A stretch of DNA of 56,600 nucleotides from positions 27,005,249-27,061,848 of the forward strand of contig NC_068995.1 in assembly GCF_001194135.2 (NCBI RefSeq). The letters are read 5' to 3'. Below, piece after piece: positions 23,772 to 37,183 of this stretch. This DNA comes from Octopus bimaculoides. Lineage: Eukaryota. The stretch's first letter is position 1; each line of letters starts with the position of its first letter. The position numbers and the translations under genes were made by a program. The notes under the pieces are model-generated. The model was not told the DNA's origin, did no database searches, and saw only the letters and a list, made by a program, of their open reading frames with translations.

Positions 23772-26700
23772 NTCCACCAGTACCGTAAGTCCCTGGCTGT
23801 CTCCCATGAACACTTTTAAAGGCTCCCCCCCCCCATTTAAGGTATATCTCCTATGTAAGGTTGCGATCATATGGTGCAAAATATTGTGTAGTGGATGCAG
23901 GTTGAAATGAATGCTACTGATTCTTTATGAATTCTGCAAAATGCAAGCTCTCTTTTCAGGTACATGACACGGCCGTTCTCCACCCCAGGGTCCCATGTGC
24001 CCATACCTCCCACACCCTCAGGGTTGGCACTCTCAACATCGGCACACTGAAAGGTAGGTCTGGTGAGATTGTTGAAATGCTTGAACGGAGACGTGTCGAT
24101 ATCTGCTGCCTCCAAGACGTAAAGTGGAGAGGAGGTTCCGCTAGGTTCCTCACAGGAAAAGAACACAGGTACAAGATTTTCTGGGCAGGGAACACAGACG
24201 GGGTCGGGGGCATGGGTATACTTCTTGAAGAGAAATGGGTGGATAAGGTAATCGAGGTAGTTAGAGTATCCGATAGAATACTAAAGATTAGATTAGTCCT
24301 TCACCATGGGTTAGCAACCATTATCTTGGCCTATGCCCCTCAGCCAAGGCTACCCAACGGTCAGAAAAACCAATTTTATGACACCTTCCTGCAGACTACC
24401 TCGTCGACGAATGACAGGGACCTTCTCTTTGTGGCTGGTGACTTCAATGGTCATGTTGGACAACATTCAGGGGGCTTCTATGGCGTACATGGAGGCTATG
24501 GTTTTGGTTCCCGCAATGAGGAGGGAACCAGGCTGCTGGAGTTCTGTGACACAAATGACCTTATGGTTTGCAATACTAACTTCAGGAAACCTGCCAGTCA
24601 CCTAGTCACCTACTGTTCTGGCAGACACTCTAGCCAAATTGACTACATCCTCGCCAGAAAAAGGGAAAGATGGCTGCTTATAAATGCCAAAACCTTCCTA
24701 GGCGAAGAATGCACTCCACAACATAGACTAGTAGTTAGTGACTTCAGGATTAGGGCCAAGTGGTTGCCCAGAAGACAACCAGCTTGGAGGAGAAGGGTCT
24801 GGAAGCTCAAAGATCCTGTGAATGGACAGAGATTTAGAGAACTATCACTTGAGGTCTTTGACGGAAAAGAAGGGGAAGTAGCTTCACACGATGTAGAAGA
24901 CAACTGGACGTTTCTACGGGACAACCTGCTGAGGGCCACTGACCAGATCTGTGGATGGTGCAAAGTCCCCTCTCGACCCAAAATAATGTGGTGGTGGAAC
25001 AATGTTGTTGACAGGGCTGTTAGACAAAAGAAACAGGCTTGGAAGGACTGGAAGAACGGTGGTAGCAGGGAATTGTATCAGACTGCCAGAAGGGAAGCTA
25101 AGCGACAGGTTTATTTAGCCAGAAGGGAAGCAGACAAGAAAAAATTTGCCAACGTTCTGCGTCGTGAGGACCAAAGACTTGAGGTATTTTGTGTTGCAAG
25201 ACAGTGTGTGAGAGAGAATCGTGATGTCGTGGGAGAGAAATGTGTTCGCATGGATGATGGTATGCTTGCACTAAACGAGGCTGCAAAGAAAGAGGTTTGG
25301 AGACGCCACTATGAAAGATTGCTCAATAAAGAGAATAAATGGGAGAAAGAGAGTGTGCCGAATGCCAACCCAACAGAGAAACCAGCGATTCGAGTTGACA
25401 GTACCATGGTAGATAAAGCTATTAAGAGTATAAAGACAGGGAAAGCCCCCGGCCCTTCAGGAATCACTGCAGAGATGCTCAAAATATCTGGCAGTGTTGG
25501 CTATGGCCTAGTTACCCGTATTGTTAACCAGGTGATACACAAAGGAGTCATACCCAATGACTGGTGTAGCAGTACCATAGTCAACTGCTACAAAGGTAAA
25601 GGTGACGCTTTAGATACAAATAATTACAGAGGTATCAAGTTGTTAGATCAGGTAATAAAAGTCACAGAGAGGGTCATAGCCCAACNNNNNNNNNNNNNNN
25701 NNNNNNNNNNNNNNNNNNNNNNNNNNNNNNNNNNNNNNNNNNNNNNNNNNNNNNNNNNNNNNNNNNNNNNNNNNNNNNNNNNNNNNNNNNNNNNNNNNNN
25801 NNNNNNNNNNNNNNNNNNNNNNNNNNNNNNNNNNNNNNNNNNNNNNNNNNNNNNNNNNNNNNNNNNNNNNNNNNNNNNNNNNNNNNNNNNNNNNNNNNNN
25901 NNNNNNNNNNNNNNNNNNNNNNNNNNNNNNNNNNNNNNNNNNNNNNNNNNNNNNNNNNNNNNNNNNNNNNNNNNNNNNNNNNNNNNNNNNNNNNNNNNNN
26001 NNNNNNNNNNNNNNNNNNNNNNNNNNNNNNNNNNNNNNNNNNNNNNNNNNNNNNNNNNNNNNNNNNNNNNNNNNNNNNNNNNNNNNNNNNNNNNNNNNNN
26101 NNNNNNNNNNNNNNNNNNNNNNNNNNNNNNNNNNNNNNNNNNNNNNNNNNNNNNNNNNNNNNNNNNNNNNNNNNNNNNNNNNNNNNNNNNNNNNNNNNNN
26201 NNNNNNNNNNNNNNNNNNNNNNNNNNNNNNNNNNNNNNNNNNNNNNNNNNNNNNNNNNNNNNNNNNNNNNNNNNNNNNNNNNNNNNNNNNNNNNNNNNNN
26301 NNNNNNNNNNNNNNNNNNNNNNNNNNNNNNNNNNNNNNNNNNNNNNNNNNNNNNNNNNNNNNNNNNNNNNNNNNNNNNNNNNNTAGATGGCCCTGCTCGA
26401 TCTGTAGAAAAGGCGTAGGTAGAAACTCTATAAGATGCACCCAATGCAAGCTATGGACACATAAGTGGTGCAGCAATATCAAAGGAAGGTTAACTAGGAA
26501 GTTAGTTTTTGTATGTAGCAGATGTTCAGGAGCATTAAACACTAAAAATGTGCAGAAAACAACTTCTGCCACATTCCAGGGAGAAAAACTAGACGTAGTC
26601 GATAGCTTCCGCTATCTAGGTGACCAAGTTTGTAGTGGGGGAGGGTGCGCTGAAAGTATAGCTGCTAGAATAAGAATAGCCTGGGCAAAGTTCAGAGAGC

Positions 26701-27756
26701 CCTTACCTCTGCTGGTGACAAGGGGCCTCTCAGTCAGAGTTAAAGGCAGACTGTATGACGCATGTGTACGAACAGCCATGCTTCATGGCAGTGAAACATG
26801 GGCAGTGACTGCTGAGGACATGCGTAGGCTCACAAGNNNNNNNNNNAGTGAAACATGGGCAGTGACTGCTGAGGACATGCGTAGGCTCACAAGGAATGAA
26901 GCCAGTATACTCCGATGGATGTGTAATGTCAGTGTGCATACTAGACAGAATGTTAGTTCCTTGAGAGAAAAGTTGAACTTACGAAGCATCAGTTGTGGTG
27001 TGCAAGAGAGACGATTGCGCTGGTATGGTCATGTAGCGAGAATGGATGAGGATAGCTGTGTGAAAACGTGCCACACCCTAGCGGTTGAGGGAACCTGTGG
27101 AAGAGGTAGGCCCAGGAAGACCTGGGNNNNNNNNNNNNNNNNNNNNNNNNNNNNNNNNNNNNNNNNNNNNNNNNNNNNNNNNNNNNNNNNNNNNNNNNNN
27201 NNNNNNNNNNNNNNNNNNNNNNNNNNNNNNNNNNNNNNNNNNNNNNNNNNNNNNNNNNNNNNNNNNNNNNNNNNNNNNNNNNNNNNNNNNNNNNNNNNNN
27301 NNNNNNNNNNNNNNNNNNNNNNNNNNNNNNNNNNNNNNNNNNNNNNNNNNNNNNNNNNNNNNNNNNNNNNNNNNNNNNNNNNNNNNNNNNNNNNNNNNNN
27401 NNNNNNNNNNNNNNNNNNNNNNNNNNNNNNNNNNNNNNNNNNNNNNNNNNTGTGCCGGATGGCATGTGTAAAGACGTTCGAGCGAGATCGTTGCCAGTGC
27501 CGCCGAACTGGCTCCTGTGCAGGTGGCACGTAAAATACACCATTTTGAGCATGGCCGTTGCCAGTACTGCCTGACTGGCCTTCGTGCCAGTGGCATGTAA
27601 AAGCACCCATTACACTCTCGGAGTGGTTGGCATTAGGAAGGGCATCCAGCTGTAGAAACTCTGCCAAATCAGATTGGAGCCTGGTGTAGCCATCTGGTTC
27701 CACCAGTCCTCAGACATGGAAAGCGGACGTTAAATGACAATGATGATGATGATGAT
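23772..27756 (+). mobile_element. near full-length RTE LINE (APE endonuclease and RT), two gaps
   Basis: Long ORF, 3'UTR minisatellite, terminal ggaaagcggacgttaaa plus (GAT)n tail; the 5' end abuts a gap. Confidence 0.95.
23927..27126 (+). CDS. RTE ORF: AP endonuclease, reverse transcriptase with inserted PHD finger (RT core lies in a gap)
   Basis: VGTLNIGTL, CLQD (conserved E changed to D), AGDFNGHVG, SQIDYIL, HRLVV, KAPGPSGI, NYRGIKLL; after the gap a C4HC3 finger, DSFRYLGD and GRGRPRKTW. No stop in the 1.75 kb before the gap. Confidence 0.85.
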
Positions 27757-27894
27757 CATCATCATATCTTGTTTGATTTAGTACCTTTCTTTCTAGTTTT
27801 TCAATGTTTGGGCATCTGTCCATAGTTGGTGTATAAGTTATTGAAGACTAGACCTACTCTTAAAAACTTCTAGAAGTTCTCTAATTATAGCTGC

Positions 27895-28300
27895 TTTCTC
27901 TACAGCCCTCCAAAATCATCTAACTGCAAAGTGATCTTTGACTATAACTTTTCCTGCATCAAGATCATATATCTCATATTACCCCTCTCTGAAGTCATTG
28001 TCCTTAGTGACTTCAATGCTTATAACTCTTCTTGTTTTTCACTCTCATCCCATACTGATGGCACTATTGCATAAATTTATCATTTGCAATGTCTCACTCT
28101 TAACACCAATTAGTTCTATCCACTACATGCAACCTTAACCAACACACAGACACTGTGAAAACACCTTCCATGAACTTTTCATCACTAACACTGGCCTCTA
28201 CCAAACCATTACTGTCTCTACATTATTAGGTCATCTAACCACAGCTTTATTGTTACTACTCACCATACTCTGCTAATTCTAACTATCTTGAGCAGAGCAT
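27895..28300 (+). mobile_element. old LINE endonuclease remnant (CR1/Jockey group?)
   Basis: LYSPP and VIVLSDFNAYN (GDFN-like) motifs on the + strand. Confidence 0.35.
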
Positions 28301-29640
28301 GTACACTGTCATTTGCATCTAAATCCACACTGCACACGCGTGGTAAATTACCTACAGAATTAGGTCTTCCTAATTCACTATGCTCACCACCTTGTACAGA
28401 TATAATACACCAAGTTAAAAAAACATCTCTTGTCACTTCAAAGCAACAAAATGTTTAACCCTGACAATATCTCTTTATTCTCCAGCAATGTAGCTCAGAG
28501 CAACTCCCTATTCTCTCCAAACACTTCAATTGCTTTTTCTCTCTTGCTACAGGGACTACCTCCAATCTTTGAAAACATGCCACAATGCATTCTTCTCTGA
28601 CCCTGTGAACTATCATTTTAAAAATCTAACTTCTAACATTTCAAAGGTGATGAAATCAGCCTTCTCCAACATCTCAAAACATTCTCCCATTTCAATGACA
28701 CCAGTAGAACTTCCACAGAGCTAGTTTCTCCATTAAAATTTACTATTCTTTGTCATTCTCTAGTGGAATTCATTCTTGAAAATTTAGTAAAAAGTGTTGC
28801 TGTACTCCACATAAGTAAAGCATTCAAATATGTCTAGTTCTTGAATCTCCTGGAAAAATCTCTTTGGAACTAGTGGTGTCCTGTCAGATCATACTATCAT
28901 GGAATATTGTTCCCAATAATTTACATGTTTAACTAATGTTCTTTGATTAGTGAATTTACATGTTTAGGGAAAAATAGAACAAAGTGTTATGAGCAATAAA
29001 CTATACAGTTTAGAACTAATATTTGTTGTAGTATCACCATCACTGCTGAGTTTCCAATAGATAAATTTCTCAGGATGCAGCCTGATAGATTACATGTTAA
29101 TGTCAGACAATTAACATATGGTACAATGAGTAACAAGAAGTCTAGCTAAGAAACTTAAACTCTTGATCCTCTGGCCATTTTTTGACGTTATGGATCTTAG
29201 CTTCCAATATGTTAGTTTGTACTGTATGTTTTCATGCATGGAAACAGAAGTATTTCTTGTTAATTTGATATGCATATGGTCAAACAAGACTGTTTATCAG
29301 TCCACACACACAGAGACATTTGTCAGAAACTGTTATCAATAAGTACCTAAATTTATCTTGCATGCATGCACATAATTATTTCTATACAATTTAAAAGACT
29401 TGTCACATGGCCAGACACATTTTGAAACATATTCTTCACAATTTAACTCTGATACACAACTAATGTTACATATATGGCAGTGTCTCAGCATAGCCACAAC
29501 TCACAGGCTGAAACAGGTAAAATAAAAAGTATATAGAAACACAAATATAGAGTTTGGTTTACTAAAAAGACATTTTAACTGTTCATTTTTCTAAACATTT
29601 TCTCTGGACATTCTCACTGGGTTGGTATGCACCTTGTATG

Positions 29641-30505
29641 TGAGGTGGTATCAAAAAATTCCCAGACTAGTTCTGTAGCGTGCCGACAGATGGCAGCACA
29701 CAGTTGCATGTGCAGTGAGAGCTAGCAGTGATCTTTATGAGGCAGTGTGCAAAGTGACATCACTTTATTTACTTCGCGAGTTGTGAAATTTGTGTTTTTG
29801 TGATCATGTGTATGCTGTAATCTACAATTTTTGTCATGGACAGGAAGCTGAGACAAAGAGCCAACATGAAATTAAACTTGGGAAATCTGCTACAGAGACA
29901 TTGAGCATGTTTTGGCAAGCTTACAGTGATGAGGCAATGGATCGCATGCAATATTTCGAGTGGCATGGGTGCTTCAAAACAGCTACAGCTCAATCAAGAG
30001 CATGTTCATGATATCTGCAGTATTGTGCATCAAGAATTTGTCCCTCAAAACCAGACCGTCAATCGAGAGTTCTACTGCGATGTTTCCAAGTGTTTGAGTG
30101 AGAATATTCGGTGAAAGTAACCAGATCTGTGGAGCACGAAAAATTGGATTCTTCATGACGACAATGCACCCTGTCACTGAGCTCTCCTCACTCATGTATT
30201 TCTTACCAAAAACAACACCTGCACCTGCCCTATTCCCCAGATTTAGCACCTGCAGACTTCCAAGATGAAAAGGCAGCTCAAAGGTTGTCGTTTTAACACC
30301 TCTGTCAAGATCAAAAGCGAATCAGAAGGTCCTTGACTTGCTTATGGAAAACAACTTCCAGGCTGGATTCCAAAAGTGACAGGAAAGCTGGGACTGGTGT
30401 ATTGCTATGCAAGGTGATTATTTTGAAGGAGATGGTTAAAACTTAGGTAAATAAGTTATTTTTTATTAAACATAACTAGTCATGGAACGTTTTGATATCA
30501 CCTTG
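29641..30505 (+). mobile_element. mariner, internally deleted
   Basis: TIRs gaggtggtatcaaaa..actagtt / aactagt..ttttgatatcaccttg followed by TA; LHDDNAP and PYSPDLAPADF motifs. Confidence 0.85.
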
Positions 30506-31254
30506 TAATTTGTAAGCTATAATAAAACAATATCTTTTAATGTTAGAAAAGGCTCATCTCATACATATTTATAAAACACTTCACTCTTTCTCACCAACAA
30601 CAATTACAACAAACAAACTGTATACGTTTACATTTGTAAACTAAAACAAATGTATCACTTACTATAATGATTTTTATGATTCAAATTGATTCTGAATATT
30701 TTTTCCTGTTTGGGGCCAATTGATATTTTTTTTATTGAATTCTTTAATCCCATATTATAAAACACAGAACTCATAGGACTGTTCAAATATACTCATTCTC
30801 TGAAATGAAATGAATTCTACTTTGTATATGATATTTAAATTCTCCATTAAGCACCCTCATTTTCAATGGTGCAGCTATCACTTTAAGTCAGTTTTAAAGC
30901 ATATTCCAAATAATTTTTTAAAGACTTTGGTTGCTTTCAACATCTATAATAATCAAACCCTTTGTTAATGAAAACAAAACTATGTATTAGTGCTCTGCTC
31001 CAACCACATGTACAATAGTGACAAGATAATGAAAGGTATAAACTAACTCACTGATTTTATTAGCATGAGATATACTCTTAAAATGACAGATGAGATTTAC
31101 TATAATTTGACCTGAAAACAAGCTTCTCGAGGACTGCAGGCTAAAAGCTCATACATTATCATATTAACATGAAAATAGATACACATGACATTAATAAAGC
31201 ATTGTTACAATAAGTATATATGCATGTAAGTAGAATAAAGAGATTTTTACATAC

Positions 31255-31324
31255 CCAATAGCTCTTGGTAAACTGGTTAATTTATTGGATTGTACAACAA
31301 GTCGCTGAAGTTTTCTCAATTGAC
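31255..31324 (-). CDS. internal exon of a host leucine-rich-repeat protein: (G)QLRKLQRLVVQSNKLTSLPRAI(G)
   Basis: ttttAG| acceptor and |GTatgt donor bound exactly one LRR (LxxLxxLxVxxNxLxxLPxxIG). Resembles a SHOC2/Sur-8 repeat, but other LRR families cannot be excluded. Confidence 0.75.
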
Positions 31325-32384
31325 CTAAAATTTTTAAAAAGTCATATTTAACCATAATCATATTAGTTGATTAATGTCAAGAAAAAGTTAATATTTTCCT
31401 ATGTATTTCCATATTGATATGAAATTGATTTCTGCAGTAGTTGGGAAGTCAGAAAAGCAACAATGAATCTTTAGTTGGAGGAGGTACAAATTTAAGAGGT
31501 ATTAATAAACAGTACAGATCCTGAAAAGGAGAGTATAATAAAAAAAAAATTTAGGAAATCCTCTATGAAAATTCAAAGAAGTGAACAAGAAAAGAGAGTG
31601 GAAGGTTTATGGAATTTAATAAAAATAGATAGACACAAATACCATGTACAATCCTAACTTTCATTACTAGATAGCTAATTTACACTGGAAAACATGAAGA
31701 CAGAGCACAAAACTTAGAAAGAATGGGTCTGAATGATAAAAAACGCTCTTCTAAGGATGGGTTTCAAACTTGTTCTTGCAAAAGCTTATTCAATTAACTC
31801 TTAAAGTTCTATACTGCAGCTAAACACAACCATTGCCACATCCCAAACCATTTAATATCACAATTCAAATAGTATTGTCATTTAGAATTAAGCACCCTCA
31901 TGTGTGAAACAAAATTTAGCCTCATTTTAGAAAGAACTCTCAGTCAAAAGATTTCCTGTTTGCATATTTTAAGTTCATTTTTTTTTTTTGTATTTTAGTG
32001 AATGACTTTCTGTAGATTTTCTTTCGTCAAGGACAATGGCAGTTAATACATCAAGCAATAATTTGGTGATATTAGTTATTTATAAATTTATTTATTAATG
32101 GAGTAATTAGAGGATAGCTTGGGCTTGGAGAAAATAATTTAAGTGAAAATTTTAGTGTCATCTGTACACACCATCTATTTAAATGATATCAGAATTTATT
32201 AGTTCTGAGTGTGAGTGTTCATGTAGTTGATATTGCTTGTTAGTGAATGATAAGGATTAAAAAAAGTTACATTTACTGATATATCTTAAATGTATAACCT
32301 CTGCACACTGGGTGAGAGCATAATTATTGTAATAAGAATAAATAACACTAATTTGTAGGACATTAAAAAAAACTTTGAATAGAG

Positions 32385-32485
32385 GAGATGAAGGCCTATC
32401 TTGGAATTCATTGTGCAGCTTCCAAAATACAGAGACTAAGTGGAGCAGAAATTCAGCTCTGAAGATGAGAAATTGATACCCAGAA
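32385..32485 (+). mobile_element. possible piggyBac transposase remnant
   Basis: Across a frameshift: EMKAYLGI ... LPKYRD*(Y)WS ... MRN, resembling the piggyBac N-terminal core. Confidence 0.25.
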
Positions 32486-34628
32486 ATCAATATCTAGTAA
32501 ACTCATGTAAAAACACTTACATGTAATCAGCTTAACTATATTCAACTTATTGGACAGGCAAAAGTGACATGACAACAAATGGAAACCACATTCACAATTT
32601 ACACCCACAATTATCATAATGTATCAGCAAATTTTGTCTAAATTCATGAAACAGTTATATTTTAATGATTTTTTAAATTCAAATAATTGAATTTCATCAA
32701 AATTGCTAGTTTCTGACTGAACTAGAAGTACCACAGGATTTTAAGAGTGAAAGGGACAGAGATAAAAATATTCTATTGTGTAAAGAACACATGAGTATAT
32801 TTAAGTTCAGAATATAATACTAGTTGAAGAGGAACATGGAGAATACTGTTCATTAGATGTGCAATATTGTATTTTAAGAAATGCTATAAGCATCCTCTTC
32901 ATTATTATTTTTTTTTTTTTCTGTTGCCACAGACTGGACATATATCACATTTCTCATGTCTCATTTTTTGCGTTGGGCCTTTATCTACCAACTGGATTCA
33001 CAGTGGGATTCTAGGGTTGCTAGGGATAAAGGTTATCATTGTGATGTAAGGGCTTTAGTTAACAAGTTAGTGAGAAATCAGCTCCTAGATGGGCCACCTT
33101 CATTATAGATGAAAAATCATAACCTCCCATAATTGAGGGAAAGGTTTCATTACCAAGGGAGCTAGCAATGGTAAAGTACAATAATAGACTAAAGTGGTTT
33201 GGCATAAAGGTAATCACTGTTATGGAGATAGAGTGAAGGAGCTTACAGAGTTAGGAGGAACAGCTGAGAATGAAGCTGTTTCAATAACATAGGAAGAGGA
33301 TTTGCTAAGATACAATATCACAATAGAAGATGAGTAGGGGTTGGGAGGGTATTTTATACCAGGCAGAGTCTCTGGACATTTATTTCATTGAAAGTTAGTA
33401 ATTTCTAACATAAATATGTTACTTCTAAATATTTACGATTACTATTTCCAAGAAAATATCATTTGCTAGTCTCCTCAGAAATAAAAAAGTAATAGAATAT
33501 TTCTTAGCTTATCTTCATCCATAGTGTCACAACTATGGCTTCCTGTTCCTAGTGACCATTCAATGCCATGATGAGGATAAATCTAATTAATTTGTCAGAG
33601 GTTTTTGTCATAAAGTTCAGAGACTGTTGACAACTTCTAACATGTAAGTTGAAAACAAAAAAATATTAGTTAATGTACACAAGTATGGGTATGCAATGTA
33701 ATATGAATGGGTGATACATTCAGAGTGAAAAAAATATGAGATGGCAACAGTAGAAATAGATTTAAAAGATGTACTGAAGGTAACAGAAGACAAAGATAAC
33801 TTTAAAGAAGAAACAGTGAGCAATACTAAGAACTGTTTTGCTGTTAAAAAATATAGCATTCCTTCCTACTTATTTTATGAGATATCACTTAAAAGGAAAC
33901 ACCCCAAAATAAATCAAGTTTAACAGGAAAAAATTATAAAAGGTATCATGTACAATACACATCAGATGTCTTACTATACTATAACACACAAGTTTTGGAA
34001 AACCCCAACTCTCTTCCAATTGAAATAGACTTAATGTAATTTAACTTCTAAAGTTTAATAGAGAAACAGTGAGTTACTTTAGTTTTCAGATAACAACTCA
34101 TTTTCTGTTTAAATAGAAATGCAAATTTTAAAATCAATAATCAGTTTGAAATTCATTTTAATATTAAATACTTTTAAAAAATGTTATGTTGTTAAAACCT
34201 TTCAAGTCAAATTACACNNNNNNNNNNNNNNNNNNNNNNNNNNNNNNNNNNNNNNNNNNNNNNNNNNNNNNNNNNNNNNNNNNNNNNNNNNNNNNNNNNN
34301 NNNNNNNNNNNNNNNNNNNNNNNNNNNNNNNAAAAGCAAGAAGTGGCAAATATTTACCAAAATGTATGAAGAATATATATTGTTACTTTTATTGCTGAAA
34401 TGATTTTTATCTGAAATAAATCTATTTGAAATCATTAAGCTTACAAGATATTTCTGTGTAATTTTTTTCATGAAAGTATTTCTGATTTTCATTAATCAAA
34501 TTAAATTAAAACAAAGGATCTGAAAACACTTTTGAAATTATAATGAAAATTATAATGTTGGATTCTAAGAAGAAATCACGGAGCAAATGACAAATATATG
34601 GGTTTTAGCCATGTTTTTCTTAAATATA

Positions 34629-35951
34629 CAAGGGTTGGACAAAATAATGGAAACACCTAGCATCATAATTTTGAAATATCTATAAAACTGTCAGAAGCTT
34701 GTTTATTATTAGTGTTGCTTAATATGTTTTGCTAAAATTGCTGCTTCTTTTCAGATATCATCAGAAAAACGTAATTAAAATTCATTAAAAGAACAGATCT
34801 ATCGGACTTTCAAAGAAGTCAAATTGATGGTGCTCGTATGGCAGGTGCTAGCGTAATGAAAACAGCTGAAATGTTTGGTGTATCAAGAAGTACTGTCCCA
34901 AAAGTAATCCTCCGGCGCAATGGTTTCTCTTCATTGCAGAATTAATAGTCAAGACTATTTAAGCATTTTCTCTGATCAAATTCATCCTATGGTTGTGGAA
35001 CTGTTTCCGGAGGGAAACGCAATCTTTCAGAATGATAATGCACCAATTCACACAGCTAAAGTTGTTACTGAATGGCACAAGGAACATTCTAGTGAAGTTG
35101 AACATCTTATCTGGCCACCACAGTGCCCAGATCTCAATATTATCGAAAATTTATGGTGCATTTTAGAAAAACAAGTAAGGAGTCGATATCCTCCACCATC
35201 ATCACTACAAGAGCTGGAGACTGTTTTAGATGAAGAATGGACAAATATTCCTTTGGAAACAATTCAAACTTTGTATGAGTCCATACTNNNNNNNNNNNNN
35301 NNNNNNNNNNNNNNNNNNNNNNNNNNNNNNNNNNNNNNNNNNNNNNNNNNNNNNNNNNNNNNNNNNNNNNNNNNNNNNNNNNNNNNNNNNNNNNNNNNNN
35401 NNNNNNNNNNNNNNNNNNNNNNNNNNNNNNNNNNNNNNNNNNNNNNNNNNNNNNNNNNNNNNNNNNNNNNNNNNNNNNNNNNNNNNNNNNNNNNNNNNNN
35501 NNNNNNNNNNNNNNNNNNNNNNNNNNNNNNNNNNNNNNNNNNNNNNNNNNNNNNNNNNNNNNNNNNNNNNNNNNNNNNNNNNNNNNNNNNNNNNNNNNNN
35601 NNNNNNNNNNNNNNNNNNNNNNNNNNNNNNNNNNNNNNNNNNNNNNNNNNNNNNNNNNNNNNNNNNNNNNNNNNNNNNNNNNNNNNNNNNNNNNNNNNNN
35701 NNNNNNNNNNNNNNNNNNNNNNNNNNNNNNNNNNNNNNNNNNNNNNNNNNNNNNNNNNNNNNNNNNNNNNNNNNNNNNNNNNNNNNNNNNNNNNNNNNNN
35801 NNNNNNNNNNNNNNNNNNNNNNNNNNNNNNNNNNNNNNNNNNNNNNNNNNNNNNNNNNNNNNNNNNNNNNNNNNNNNNNNNNNNNNNNNNNNNNNNNNNC
35901 CTGGGGTTGATTTGTTTGACTAAAGATGGTGCTCCAAATGACTGAAACAAG

Positions 35952-36006
<55 letters not shown>

Positions 36007-37143
36007 TATCCTCCGCCGCCTCATCATCATCATTTAACATCCATTTTCCATGCTGGCATAGGCAGGACAGCTTTGACAAGAGCTGGCAAAACCAGGGACC
36101 ACACCAGGTGCCATAGTATGTTTTGGCTTGGTTTATACAGCTGGATGCCTTTCCTAAGATCAACCACTTTACAGTGTACAGGGTGGTTTTTGTAGCACCA
36201 GCACCAATGCTTTTTATGTGACACCAGAGCCAACACCAATGCTTTTTATGTGGCACCTTGGTTTTAGGATATCAATTCTGATTGGAGGGCAGGTCTTCTT
36301 GAGCACAGTAATGCACCACATATCTTGGTCTTTGTCATCTCCTTTGTAAACCTCAGCATTCTGAGATGGCTTCAATATTTTGTTTCATGTCTTCCTCAGT
36401 CTCCCTCTTCCACAACTTCCCTCCACTTTGAGTGATCATTACTTCTTTATGCAATTGTCTTCATCCATCCACATCACATGACCAAACCAGTACAGGCTCT
36501 TCTCTTGCACACTGCATACAATTTCTCTTATGCTGAACTTTTCTCTCAATACAGTAGTATCTTTTGCGCATGTATGCTGACATCGCACATCCAGTGGTGC
36601 ATACCAGCTTCATTCTTCTCTAATCTTCACATGTCTACTGCATTCAAAGCCCATATCTCACTACCATGTAGCATTGCAGTTTGTACACATGCATCTTACA
36701 ATCTTCGCCAAGCTCTCTGAACTTTCTCCATCCTATTCTTATTTTAGCAATCATAGTTTCTGTATATACTCCTCCACTGCTAATTAGGTTACCTAGGTAG
36801 CAAAAATTATCTACAACTTCCAGAGAGTCTCTGGAACATTTGAGGAAATCAGTTTCCCCATGTATCTGTGGACTTTATGGCTCTTGTACATCTTCCACAT
36901 ACAAACACTACTTTCTCTGTTAACCTTCCTAATTATTCCACTGCATATCTTGTGTGTCGATAGCTTGCAGCAGGTACACTGAATGGAATTTCTGCCAACA
37001 CCCTTCCAACAAATTGTGCAGGGCCATTTACCTGAAATTGGAATGGTCTAACCTGATTTCTTGCTTAATAGGACCTTGATCTATGCTAAGTTAACTGTAA
37101 GACCATTTGACTCCAGGTTTTGTTTCCACCAGACATTAAAAGG

Positions 37144-37183
<40 letters not shown>

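Noticed and set aside
26790-26893. 47-bp tandem duplication in the RTE ORF
   Set aside because: Identical copies flank a 10-N gap, which is a typical unmerged contig overlap.
31255-31324. Assigning the symbol SHOC2
   Set aside because: One repeat is insufficient, and the neighbouring SHOC2 exons were not found.
34000-34030. LRR-like peptides NSLPIEI (+) and FLPPEL (minus, about 21590-21620)
   Set aside because: Wrong strand or no credible splice context; too short.
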